Below the pieces are notes generated by a model. It worked only from the letters and a program-made list of their open reading frames with translations. It was not told where the DNA came from and searched no databases. Both the position numbers and the translations under genes were made by a program. DNA of 64,000 nt from Lama glama (taxonomy: Eukaryota): the NCBI GenBank assembly GCA_028534125.1, contig CM052817.1, forward strand, positions 97,590,001-97,654,000. Direction: 5' to 3'. This document shows, piece by piece, positions 1 to 12,355 of the stretch (positions are counted from its first letter, which is position 1; the number at the start of each line of letters is the position of its first letter).

Positions 1-607
1 TACAGCTTTAGTGTACCAGCAGGATTAAGAGTTTATTTTAGACTGTATATTATTACTGAACACAAGTTACTTTTTGTTGTCAGTTACCTGAATTCTGATA
101 ATTTCCAAGTAGGCTAGGTTGCCTAGAAAAAATATCATGTATGTCTTCAGGTTTTCAGCAGCGATACAGGCAACAGATAAAGGAGCACGACAGGGTTCTC
201 TTGGGGATTCTTTTTATTCTCAAATTAGAGAAACAAAATAATGCAAGAGGCTGAGACTTACTTACTAATCTGCTTAAATCTATTCTTCCTAAGGGAGCCA
301 GAGAGTATATGGAGATTGGTGCTAAACTGCACATTTAGTTTTTGAGAAAAGTCTTCCTGTTCAAGAGGCCTTTGGCTTTTGCTTATGTTCTTGAAAGTTT
401 TTAAAAGGAAATAGGGCTTCTTTATGACTCTTGGGAGGCTGATAAATTTAAAAGCATAAATTTTTTTCCTAAATACTAATAATTACACTCAAAGGGGTTA
501 AAATTCAAGTGCCAGCATGACCCAGAAAAAAAAAAAAAACAACAAAAAAGAATCCCCTTAGCAGATAGAGGTTTCATTGCTGTGATGTTGGTAATGAAAT
601 TTTGGAC

Positions 608-786
608 CTGTCCAACACAGTATTAGAGTGGCCAGATGTGGCTATTTACATTTAAATTAATTATATTAAAATTAAATACAGTTGAAAGTTCAGTGCCTGT
701 CACACTAGCCAAATTTCAAGTGTTCATGGGTCAATGCAGACAAAGAACACTTCCATCCCCACAGCAAGCTCTATCAGACAGCACTG
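608..786 (-). mobile_element. MER3-like hAT-Charlie DNA transposon fossil
   Basis: Motifs ctgtccaa..., ccagatgtggctattta, cacactagccaaatttcaagtg and terminal gacagcactg resemble the reverse complement of the MER3 consensus as I recall it. Confidence 0.75.
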
Positions 787-1585
787 TGAGAGGATACGAA
801 ACCACCCCAAAGCACAGCCTGGCGTCACACCCAGACGTGGACAGCCATCTATAGATGATACGTTTTTTAAAGGATACAATAATATTTCAAGGCTGCTTTT
901 GTGTTTGTTAAATGTTGTCACAATGGGGCTGAGTTGCCACACAGTCTTGGGCTACACTTTCTCCTATAGGACAAATAATACTACAAGCTGTTTTCCAAAT
1001 AACGAAGAATGGGACTGAGGGGTAGAAGAACTAGAAAAAGCAGATGGGAAGGGGGAAGTTTAGAGCATTAATTTCTTGGGATAGGGAGCGTATTGCCACG
1101 TCTGTGTTTGTTCCTCTGGCCGAATTTTCTTCCTGTCGCATGCCTGGTCCCTTCTCATTCATAATACCATTACACCCCTGAGCCACTCTATAACATGGGT
1201 TGAAGCTAAGTCTGTGCCTGGAGGAGCCCTGGACGTGGCCCAGCCCATTTTGCAGAGCAGCTCGGGAGCTCAGTTGTGTTATGAATGGAGAGCAACCAGG
1301 CACGTGACAGGAAGAAGTGGGGATTGAAGATGTAAGAACAGGGGCAACACCCATTTTACAGCAGAGATTTTCTGTTGGGTAGCAAAGGGTGGGGAGCGCA
1401 GAGTGGGAGAGGATTGTGACACAAAGCATCTGTAAATTCCGCCCGCCACAGCTATCCAAGATGGTACAGTATACAGATACAGGTACTTAGCAAGTTACAA
1501 ATCACAACATACATAGCATTTACGGAAGAGGAGTCTATACAGTTGGGAGCATGAGGAATGGACATTTCGTTAAGTCATCATATCA

Positions 1586-2154
1586 CATGCACCTCAGTGT
1601 TCACAGCAGCTCTATTTACAACAGACAAGACATGGAAGCAACCTCAATGTCCATCGACAGATGACTGGATAAAGATGTGATGTATGTGTATACAATGGAA
1701 CGCTACTCAACCAAAAAAAAGAATGAAATAATGCCATTTGCAGCAGCATGGATGGACCTGGAGATCATTATTCTAAATGAAATAATTCAGACAGATCATA
1801 TGATATCACTCATATGTGGAGTCTAAAAAAAATGACACAAATGAATTTATTTACAAAACAGAAACAGACTTACAGACATAGATAACAAACTTACAGTTAC
1901 CAGAGGAGGAAGGGGTGGAGGAAGACATAAATTGGGAGTTTGAGATTTGCAGATACTAACTACTATATATGAAGTAGGTAAACAACAAGTTTGTACCATA
2001 TAGCACAGGGAACTATATTCAATATCTCGTAGTAACTTACAGTGAGAAAAAATATGAAAAGGAATATATGTATTTATATGTAGGACTGAAACATTATGCT
2101 GTGCACCAGAAACTGACACAACATTGTAAACCAACTATACTCAATTTAAAAAAA
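1586..2154 (+). mobile_element. 5'-truncated young L1 (ORF2 C-terminus plus 3' UTR and A-tail)
   Basis: Typical L1 3' sequence (aatgccatttgcagcagcatggatggacctggag; cacagggaactatattcaatatc) and A-tail. 14-bp TSD AAGTCATC(A/G)TATCA at 1572-1585 and 2155-2168. Confidence 0.95.
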
Positions 2155-2194
2155 AAGTCATCGTATCAGATTTAAAAATGCACTTTCTCATAAT

Positions 2195-2665
2195 AGCTCT
2201 CTTGAAAGCTGAACCTGAAATGGGGCATTAGGATAGGTGGTTTATTTGAGAGGCGATCTCAGGAAGCTGGAGAGAGGGAGTGCGGAGCACCAGATGGGGA
2301 AGAGGAAGACAATATGCGGGTACATTATTGCAGTCCCTCCTGTAAGCAAAGGGTCCCTATTCTGCTGCAACCTCCACAATTCTCCTTCTGGAGGACAGGA
2401 AGCTGTGTGCTGTGCACCACTGGTTGAGGGTTGTTTCAGGGGTCTTAACTTCCTGACATTCCTGGTCTGCACTTTCAGCTGGCCCCGCAGCATTCCCTGG
2501 ACCTGGGACAGAATGCCGAACGGTCAGAGGCACACTCTGGAGATGGGATGATGTCAGCACATTGTGGGTCTGAGACATGCAAATCTGTTCACCTATCTGT
2601 GGCTGAAACTGGAGGGAGGCCCAGGGCACGTGACACAAAATGCACAGGCGTGGGCTCCAGCTACT
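2195..2665 (-). mobile_element. LTR33-like ERVL solo LTR
   Basis: ggtggtttatttgagaggcgatctcaggaagc...gatggggaagaggaagacaata...ctggttgagggttg resembles the reverse complement of LTR33-family LTRs. AATAAA on the minus strand near 2241-2246. Confidence 0.6.
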
Positions 2666-2689
2666 GTTCACTCAGAAGAACCATCATGT

Positions 2690-2845
2690 GTTGAACGCTG
2701 TGCTAGAACTAAGCTGGTACATTTTCTCATTTAGTAATACAGCTACCCCCCACTACTCCCATGAAGTGGATGTTATATGTCTGCAATTCATAGAAGAAGA
2801 TGTGGAGGCTTCAGAGAGGTTAAATAACTTGCTTAAGAAACCAAC
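2690..2845 (-). mobile_element. MIR SINE relic
   Basis: Reverse-complement MIR core: gaggcttcagagaggttaaataacttgcttaag. Confidence 0.7.
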
Positions 2846-3029
2846 TATATCGCCTAAGATCAAAGGGATCACATAGGATTCTTCCCTTGGGGTTGTGACC
2901 TGAATCCCCAGCTCCCCTGCACTTCACCCTTCCTCCGTGGCTCTAAACTTTGCCCTCCGTCTTCTTACTATTTTTTGTCATTATCTCCTCCTCCCAGCAC
3001 TTTTTCCCCATTTACTTTTTGTACTGCAA

Positions 3030-4660
3030 CATTCTGCAAGTTTTGGCAAACATGTATATGCAACCATCATCACTACCATAATTAATACATAGAACAATTC
3101 TATCAACTTCAAAACTCCTCCAGGACTCCCCTTCTAGCTTCCTGCAACTACTGATTTGTTTTGTTTCCCTACGGTTTTGCCTTGGCGAGAATGTCGTATA
3201 AATGAAATCCTCCCATTTACCGTCTTTTGGGTCTGGTTTCTTTTGCTTAGAATAATGTATTTAGGAATCACCCGAGTTATGAATATCAATTCCTTTCAAT
3301 TACTGAGTAGTATTCCACTGTACAGCTGGACTACAGTTTGTTTATCCGTTCCCTAGCTAAAGGACATTTGGATTGTTTCCAGTTTTTGATGATTACAAAG
3401 AAATCTGCTATAAGCATTTGCACAGAGGTAATTGTGTGAACAGTTTTTTATTTCGCTTAGGTAAATACCTAGGAGTCAGATTACTTATTGTAAGTGCATT
3501 TTTAACTTTTGAAGACACTGCCAGTTTGAGAAATTGACTTTACGATTTTGTATTCTCACCAATATTGCTCACATTCTCACCAGAACTTACTACTAAAAAT
3601 TTTTTAAGCCATCCTAATAGGTGTTTAGCTGTATATAATTGTGGCTTTAATGCATTTCCCTAGTGATAAATGACGTTGGACATCTTTTCATGTATTTACT
3701 TGCAATTTGTATATCATCTTTGGTGAAGTATCTGTTCAAATCCTTTGCTCATTTGTTTTATTGGGTTGTTTACTTTCTTACTGAATTTTGAGAAATTATT
3801 TTAATATTCTGTATATATAGGTTTTTAAAATTAGATGTGAGTACTGCAAATATTCTCTCCCAGTATATAGCCAGTCTTTTGTTCTCTTAAGAATGTCTTT
3901 TGAAGGGTAGTTCTTAGTTTTTATGGAGTCCAATTTGTCATATTGTGTGTGTGTGTGCTTTTGGTGTCATGCCTAAGAAATCTTTGGCTAACCCCAGGTC
4001 ACAAAGATTTTCCCCTGTTTTCTGCTAAGATTTTTATAATTATAGGTTTTATAATTATAGATATAGATATATTAATTATTTTGAGTTCATTTTTGTATGG
4101 GGAACAAAGTATAGATCAAGATACTTTAAAAAATGAATCACTAATTGTTTTGGCCCATTTGGTGAAAAGATGATCCTTTCACCATTGAATAGGTTTTATA
4201 CCTTTATCAAAAGTCAACTGGGGAGGGTTGGTAGAGTGTGTGATTAGCATGCATGAGGTCCTGGGTTCAATCCCCGGAACCTCCATTAAATAAATAAATA
4301 CATAAAAATCTAAAAGTCAACTGACCATATATGTGTGGGTCTGTTTTGGGAACCTCTATTGTGTTCCGTTGATCATTTCTTTGTTTCTCCAATACCACAC
4401 GCTGTCTTGATTAGTGTAGCTTTACAGAAAGTCTGGAAATAAGTGTCATTCCTTTAACTTTCTTTTTCTTTTTTAAAAAATATATTTTTGACTTTTAATG
4501 CTGTTTTATTTTGCTTTTTCAAAAAACCCCCAAAACAAACAAACAAAAAAACAATTTCAGCATCAGCTTGATGATTTCCTAAAAACAATTCTACTGGATT
4601 TTGATTGGAATTCTATTGAATCTATAGATCATTGGGGGGGGGACTGACATCTTAACAATA
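3030..4660 (-). mobile_element. Old L1 (L1MB/L1MC-like) 3' region, interrupted by a SINE
   Basis: Antisense L1 ORF2-end and 3' UTR motifs (ggacatttggattgtttccagtttt; ggtgaagtatctgttcaaatcctttgctc; ttgaatctatagatca). Confidence 0.85.
4220..4311 (+). mobile_element. Short tRNA-derived SINE of camelid type
   Basis: ggggagggt-tggtagagtgtgtgattagcatgcatgaggtcctgggttcaatcccc with B box GGTTCAATCC and (TAAA)n tail. TSD AAAAGTCAACT(G) at 4209-4220 and 4312-4323. Confidence 0.9.
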
Positions 4661-7600
4661 ATCCCCTTATTTTATTACTAATTAGTCATCACACAGAGGG
4701 ACTGAACATAAGCAGTATATTGAAAGGAAGACATAATTATTAAACACGACTGCTAAATAGTTAGGAAACCATGAACCCTTCTGTTTTCCATGTTTACCTG
4801 TAAGTATCAACAAACGAATACAACCTTGTGTTGTTAGCTGGGAGAAAGAAACAGTGTGTGTTGATCGGGAGAGAAGGGCTAGTTTTGTCTTGCAGCCCCT
4901 CTAACTTTGTTAGTTTCCCCTCCTATGCGACTGAAATATCTGAATCTGCCAAGTACAAATTATGTATCATATATATTTAGGGAATCCAGTAAGTTGTTAA
5001 AGAATCATGACATGTTAGAATACATTTTAAAAGTATTCCTTACCCTTAAAGCCAAAAAACTGGGGCTCTTACAGGAAGTAAATCTAGTTTCTTCTTAGTT
5101 TTTAAAACGCAGAATAAGGCAAATAGAGAGCTGATGTTTCCTGCAGGTTCTCTGGCACTGACTATTTCACTTACTTCTTGAGGATGTTTTTCAGTGGCAA
5201 TTGTGCCTCATTGCTAGAATTCTCTGAGTGTCGATACCTAGTTTTTAATTGATAACTGAAAACAGCACAAATCTTTCTGACATGGAAGGAGTGGATTTGT
5301 CCCACACTGGTAACTTAGAATATTGTCACCTTTACCTCTGGGCATCAGGCTCCTTCCTGTTGTTCTTGCCCCAGATTCAACTTTCAAAACTCTGCTGCTT
5401 GCCAGCGCAGTGTTTCAACCTCCCCCAGCCTATTGCTGGCTTCTTGGCAGAATGTCAAACCTGTCCAGGCAGGACGTCAGACCAGTCCAGATTCAACTAG
5501 CTTGATCGAAGAAACAAGCCAGTGCAAAACAGCAAGATCCTCGTTAATTTTAATTAACAGCTCCAAACAGAGTTGCATAACAAGGTCATTTTCCCTAAAT
5601 GAATTATTAGAGATCATATAAGAAGTAAACTTCTCCTAGCAGTACTTTTAAACCCCAGGAGTTGGCAAAAACTGCCCCAGAGAATATCCGTCTTTCCAAA
5701 GCCATCCACTCTCATAATTCATGTGACTTCATTCCCTGAAGTCATGGTCTGTACCTATTTCTCCCCTCTTTCCCTCAGATTCAAATGACTGCAAAGTTCA
5801 AAGCTTTTCAGAGAATGCTATGCAGTGATATTTCCTCATCTGGAAAAAAAGATTATGAAAATCTAAACAGTTTGGAACAATAAGGAAAATCATTTTCCTT
5901 ATAAACTGAGAATATCTGACGTCTTCCGGGGGACACAAAACAATGCCTTCTCTAGATAGATGTTCACTCACTTATCCACTTTATTGACCCTTTTGCTTAT
6001 TACAAATTAATTGGGCACATTTTTCATAAATTAAGGTCCCTGTTTTTTCCCCCTTATTTCATCTTTCACTTACTTGCGTGTGATGTCTTAATCTTTCCCC
6101 AAAGCAACTCCCCAATACTGTTTCTCTGAAAACCTTTAATTTGTAATGGGATGTACGGAGAATAGTATTTTCCTAAGTGTTTGGGAATCCCACTTTTATT
6201 GAAATACTATCTAAATAAAATTATCAGTAAAAAAAAAGTGCTAAAAATTTGAACTTGGACATGTAAATATAAACATCATACTAGATTGACAGTTTTGCAG
6301 ACTTTTCCATAAACTGTCAGAAAGGATTTATAAACCCTAATCATTTATGTGAATAAATATAAATACGCATGAACATTGTTGGCTTCTTTGCAGACTGATA
6401 CCCTAGTAAAGAGATGAAAGCATTTCGATTAAAGGTTGATCTAAGAAACTCAGATTTGGAGTTTACTGTAACAATTCTAGTGAAAAATCAAAACACTGCC
6501 AAAAACTATGGAAACCGCTGACCGAGCAGCCTGAATCTGAAAGAAGCATGCGCTAAACTGTAGGGGTTGAACTAAACATATGGTATTGGATTACCATTAA
6601 TCTGGAGAAACAGACCATCAGCAAGTTGAGAAAAGAATCTCTTATTGCAGTGATGTGTCAAGGCTTTGAGTTTTCGTTCTCACTCTTTCTTTCTGATTTG
6701 TCTTCTGGTGTTTGCCTCATTGTCATGTAGGGATAAATGGTTTTCATAACAGGATTCCCTATGTAAATGCTTATGCACATGTTCTCACCAATAACCTGTT
6801 ACTTTCAAACTGACACTGACATATGTGTGTATATCTCTATATCTGTAGATACAGATATAACTATATATTTATGAGATTTAATATGTAAGAATATATGTAC
6901 ATTTCTATGCATTATAGGTTGAACATATATAAATCTGGCGATCCTTTTTTCTTTCTAAATTCATGTTTAACCTATTAAATGCTTCACTCTAGGTGAATTA
7001 TAATAGTGTATAAACTATGAGGAGATGGCATATACACTTAGATACAGTTTGGTGACCTTGGTGGTTTCACTGTGCAAGTTGCTTGATGAATGCATGAGTA
7101 AACCAGTTGATTATTTTGCCTCTGGACTTCTGACTTCACTGGATGCAACTTTCTGGGTGAGGTCTGAGACACATGGATACAGAAAGACATGAGAAGAAAA
7201 GTTTGTTCCCTTGATTTCAGCATAAGAAGACTTAGAAGAAAAGAGCCTGCATTCTATTAAGAACAAAATAAGCTGACGGTTGATTAATGACATAAAAAAA
7301 TTTAAGCCAAACCAAAAATAATGAACAAATTTGTCTCAACACATTCTAAAATCAATTCAATCAAGGTGAATTCAATCAGTAGTTCTACAGAAATAGTTCC
7401 ATCTACACGTGGTGTCTATAATGATAATACGCACACATTTGCGAGAACCTCAAAGTATCCAATACTTACACTTTATATGCTTTATCCTAATATGTTAAAA
7501 CACATCATTTTTGTGCTTATTTCCCCACTGAACCCTTGAGAACAGGAAAGTCTGTTCCCTCTGGTGTTCTGGTGGTCAGCTCAGGGCTCTGTGCATCACA

Positions 7601-8694
7601 GGAAGACCTTGCAGGACTGGCTGGTGAGCCAAGTGGCAAGGAGAATGAGCAGGGGGTTGTTGGAAGTGGCTGAGATAGGACGTGCTTCAGACACCACAAG
7701 CTGCAACCCTGGGAGAGCTGGGAAATGCCAAGACCTGCTCTTCCAGGACGGTGTTTATACAAATACTGGAATCAAGTTCTTTGCTGTAATGGTCTATGGC
7801 TCTAATTCACCTCCCAATTCCTCTAGGTTTAGGATTAGAGAACACTGAAACTATCAGGCAAATTTACTGTGAACGTAATTTTCTTCTTATTCTTTACTTA
7901 CTTCTTTATTTCTTCTGCCTTAAACCATGGTCTTTAAAATATGGAAGCATTAACGAGGGACCCATATACATTGTATCAGTCTTCTATTGGATTATATGCC
8001 ATGACTGAGTATAGATTCTGCTCTAAAAGTTGAGTAAACAGAAAAACAATCAGACTTATGAAAATTCATTGAAGTCCATGGAGAAAGAGAAGAAGATAAG
8101 GGGGGGGACAGGGAAGGGGAGAGAGGAGGAGAGAGAGAATACGAATACGGATGTGGGAGTCAAAAGGAGACAATCCAACCATCTGGAATTATTGCATGTA
8201 TATGGAAAACTTAACTGCTTAATTAATAAAATGGAATCAGGAGGAGCAAAATGATGAAAGTTGAATTGATGTAGTAAAAGATATATTCACCCATAATTCA
8301 GAAATTAGGAAATTACAAAAATATGAGGAACATAGATGACCCATCCAAGAGACTAATCTATATAAAATGGAATTTCTGTAAGAACTAGAAAGGATGAATC
8401 AAAAGCAATGGTCAAAGGAAAAAGGAAAACTCCATTACGACAAAAGGATGATCTCAGCCTCAACATCTAGAATGTGCATTGAAGTACATTATAGGTCAAC
8501 TTTATGAAAACAGAACCATGCCTCCACATATTCTCATGCAACCTTTAAAAGCCCAGGATCACATAAAAATCAGGAAAAACACACTGAGAAGAAAAATATC
8601 AACAGAGGTTCCCCAGGTTCCCTACAAAGGACATTGATTTTCTTTTCATTTCATTGCTATTAAGCATTAGAAAATAAAGGAATAGAGGTTAACA

Positions 8695-8925
8695 GTTGAG
8701 ATCATGGAGAGGTTGGAGACAGACTGCCTGGTTTCAAAACCTGGCTTGGCCGAATATTAGTTATTTGAGCTGTGGCAACGTCCTTACCCTCTTTGTGTTT
8801 CATTTTCATCAATAATGCAATGCAGATAATAAATACACTTTCTTATGGTCATTGTTAGGATTAGATGAATTAGTATATTTAAAGTATTTAGAAGCGTACC
8901 TGAGATAAGCATAATATATGTTCTT
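8695..8925 (+). mobile_element. MIR SINE
   Basis: ggagacagactgcctggtttcaaaacctggct...ttgttaggattagatgaattag...tttagaagcgtacctg follows the MIR consensus order. Confidence 0.8.
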
Positions 8926-9015
8926 TTTCTTCTGCTTCCCTCCTCTTCCTCATCCTCCTTTTCTCCTCTCTCCACTCTTCCCCTCCCCCTCCTTCTACTC
9001 CTTCCTCTTCTCATT
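8922..9015 (+). repeat. Polypyrimidine (CCT/CTC-rich) low-complexity tract
   Basis: Directly visible C/T-rich run following the MIR tail. Confidence 0.85.
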
Positions 9016-10989
9016 GTTGCTGTTTTATTACAGCACTTTGAAAGAATTTTATACCCAGTCAAGTTATCAATGTGCAAAGGCAACAGAAAGCCATTATTTG
9101 ATTGATGGATTAAAAATATGCTATCCAGGCAACGTCAAAAAATAATTTGAAAACCTGAGTTATGATAATACAAACTGTGTCAATGATCTGAAGGGAAATG
9201 GTGGTTGCCAAGGGCCACCAGTCTTAATTATTAGTAAAAATTATTAGACCAAGTCATTAGCCTAATAATTTTTAAAATGCAACGTGGGTTACAAAATCTG
9301 GTTTCCCTTTAAAATACATCCTGTTGTATAAGACATTAAAGAAGGAAAAATACATCCATATCTTAAATTAAAATAAAATCTAAAAATCGGAGAGTATTTA
9401 AAAACAAAAGGCATGACGTGTTTTATTCTTCAGTGGCCATTAACAAATGATTACTTTGCCCTTAACTCTATGGTTACGTTAATATGCTTTTATGACTCTC
9501 AGGAAAATTTAAGCTAGTTACTTAAGAAACAAGCGTAGACTTTCTTTTCAAAGTAAAGATTATAAACAACAGCAACCCGCCCCTCTCCCCAAACCAAACC
9601 TCTATTTAGTAAAAATAAATAGGGAAAAACCAGCAAGCAAATATCTTAAAGAAATAAAAAGAAAATGCATATTGATAGAAACATGATGAAATATTAGATT
9701 AATAAAATGTATATTAGTTAAACATCTCAATGAAAGAACAAATCCAGTGGTGTGCTATTTATAATTTCCTCACCCTAAACATATATTTGGAAACATTGGC
9801 AAATAAATTCAGGGCAAATATAAGCCAAAAGGAAGCAATGTTAGTATTACATAAGGCAGAATTTAAAGCAAAAACATTAAATGCTTTAAGGAGGGTCATT
9901 TTAATCAAAAGATAGCAAAACTAGTAACAAAGATAAAAACACTCAAAAATCCTCATGCATGGAATAATACTGTATCAGGAGCAGATAAGATGAAACCTTT
10001 TGAAATTTAAAGTAGCTTTAGCAAAATTCAGTTATCGTAAGAGATTTTAATTACCATGATAGATCAATTAGACAAATAAATTGTTAAGAATATAAACACT
10101 TCATCCCAATATCATTAGAAATAAAATAAAATAAAATAAGATACCTTTTTCTAGCTATCAAGTGATAAAGTACTTTTTGAAAATATAATAGCCAACATTA
10201 ACCAGTGTGTGTTGAGATAGACCATCTCATGGCTGATAGATATGTAAATGGATACAATTTATGAGAAAAACAACTTGGCCATATCTTTCAAGAGCCTTGG
10301 AGAGGCTCATATTCTTTGTCAGAATATTGTCAACACTTGGAGACAGATTGAACAAAGATTTATATATGTGCACATTAAATGCAGAATTCTTTGAATAGAA
10401 AAACAATGTAAATAATATATTCATTAGCAGAGAAATGGTTAGACAAATTATTTTTACCATACATTATAATACTGTAATTGAGAATATCTGTAATATTTTT
10501 GAAGAAAATTGATTGACATAAGGAAAAGGAAAATAAGAATAATATTTATTACTATTACAAAACAAATTATTTAAAAATTCAATAAACAGCATGGTTCTCT
10601 TTTTTTGGTTAAAAATAGAAGTGTATAGAAAAATGTCTAAAAATAAATAACTAAATGTTAACAGTGGTTATATCTTGGTGGTGTTACAGGTAATTTTTCA
10701 TGCTCTTTTTTGTATATTTAAAAATTTTTCATTAAGGATTTATTACTCATGATGAAAAAAATTTAGATAAGAAAGAGCAAGGAGAGAATTGCTAAATGAA
10801 TGCGTAGAAGAGAATGCTTTGAAAAGTACATTTTCTGAATTGTTCTTTTGTTTTTTGACATTGCATAAGTGGTACCTATAAACGAGTACATGTTTCTAAC
10901 GTTTTCCTTCCCCAAGACCTACAAAACACCAAGCATGACTGAAAAACAGGAGCATCAGCCACATAATCACTCTTCTCTACCATATTAAC

Positions 10990-11160
10990 ACAGTTTAGTA
11001 TTTGTATAGAACTCTGTATATGAGTAAATATTTTCACAATCATCACCTTATTTAACTTTCATAACATTGCTCTGAAAAAGTGATACTACTAATGCCAATC
11101 TATAGATGGGGTAACTGAGACCCAGAAAGATGAAAATTACTTACCGCAGGACACAGATAA
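10990..11160 (-). mobile_element. MIR relic
   Basis: tatagatggggtaactgagacccagaaagatgaa matches the reverse MIR core. Confidence 0.6.
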
Positions 11161-12179
11161 AATCCAGAGCTCTCTGCAGCACTCCTCCACCTGCTCTGTT
11201 GATGTAGATACATGAAGTCCAGCCTGGTGCTTTTACTCAGTCCCTCCTCCCCTTGAGTTTTTATTAGGATCTTGGTGTCACATCTTACTACTATTGTGTA
11301 GACATACCTAAGAAAGATGGAGAAACATTTTACCCCTTAGGAGGAATGGTTTGAAAAACAAACTATTAATGACACAAAATTGTGATTACCCAGAAAAATT
11401 CATATTCGTTTTGTTTTAGTTTTATCAGGATATCAATTTTGAGGCACACAGGGTCGACCTAGGATTGTAAATTTACACCTATTATCTTTTCCTGTTTAAG
11501 ACTTGAAAAAATTTTTTACGGTAGTTTTCAATTCCCAACAAAACTGAGAGGTAGGTACACTTTTTATCCTGATATCTCTCTACAACTACAAGCCAGAAGT
11601 GATGCTGGACAGTTTGCATTTTTGTGACTAATTTAACCTTAAATTTATTCGGGACTTTGGTCTACATGTAAAACCCAGCCAGGCAGTAATGGAAGAGCCA
11701 CTGGGTATTGAAAGTGAGTCTATTCAGCATTTTGTCTGGGCTAGAAGTCAATCAGAATGCAATCATTCATTAAGACTCCTGCAAGCAGTAGTCACCGTGC
11801 TCTGCCAACATTCATCAAGTTAAGGGCCAGGAAATGTGAGTGCCAGGGCACATCTCACCGAGACAGCACAAAAAGTCAGCTCGTCTCATTTGCAACGCGG
11901 CCATGGCTGTCTTGCTCAGAACGACACACTCGGAGGGGAATCTGAGAGGCAGTTCAGACATTTTTCACTGGGTTTGTTCCCACCAGGAATACCCTGTAAG
12001 AAACAAACCAGGATACTCATTTTCTTGTTCTTGATTTTCACAAGAATGGTTAGAACACACTGCTGATGCCTTGCTGACCAAGAAATCAAAGAAGCCAGCA
12101 TGAAGATGAGCAGTGAATATGGAGTCATGTTGAGGGAGAATGCTGAAGTGGGAACACCCAACAACTTTGTAGGAAGACA

Positions 12180-12355
12180 GTTTAAATCTTAGCTCCCTCT
12201 TGCTAATTCGACATTCCTAGGCCAGTTATTTATTTATTTTTCTGAATTTAAGTATACTTATCTGTAAGCTATCTACTCTGTAGGGTTGTTATAGGAAATC
12301 TATCAAATACTGTAAAGCACCTGGAAAAAATGCACAGCAAGTGGTAGCTATTATA
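12180..12355 (+). mobile_element. MIR relic
   Basis: tttaaatcttagctc...cttatctgtaa...tagggttgttatagga...tgtaaagcacctgg. Confidence 0.6.

Larger units (their letters stand above)
8170..10760 (+). mobile_element. Highly decayed L1ME/HAL1-like fragments (ORF1-like, endonuclease-like and 3' UTR pieces)
   Basis: A-rich sense-strand composition and degenerate motifs (aaggcagaatttaaagcaaaa; gtaaatggatacaattt; ctaaatgttaacagtggttatatcttggtggt). Boundaries are uncertain. Confidence 0.55.

Noticed and set aside
1031..1459. 142-aa minus-strand ORF with nearby CACGTGAC and GC-box motifs
   Set aside because: Non-ATG start, no recognisable homology or exon structure, and no CpG island. Isolated motifs are not enough to call a promoter.
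4220..4285. tRNA gene
   Set aside because: The A box is incomplete and there is an A-rich tail with a TSD, so it is a SINE.
6838..6859. Perfect hairpin TATATCTGTA-GA-TACAGATATA
   Set aside because: It lies in TA-rich low-complexity sequence where such palindromes are common, and it is too short for a miRNA precursor.
8784..9083. Arg/Glu-rich ORF
   Set aside because: It is the translation of a polypurine low-complexity tract plus a MIR.
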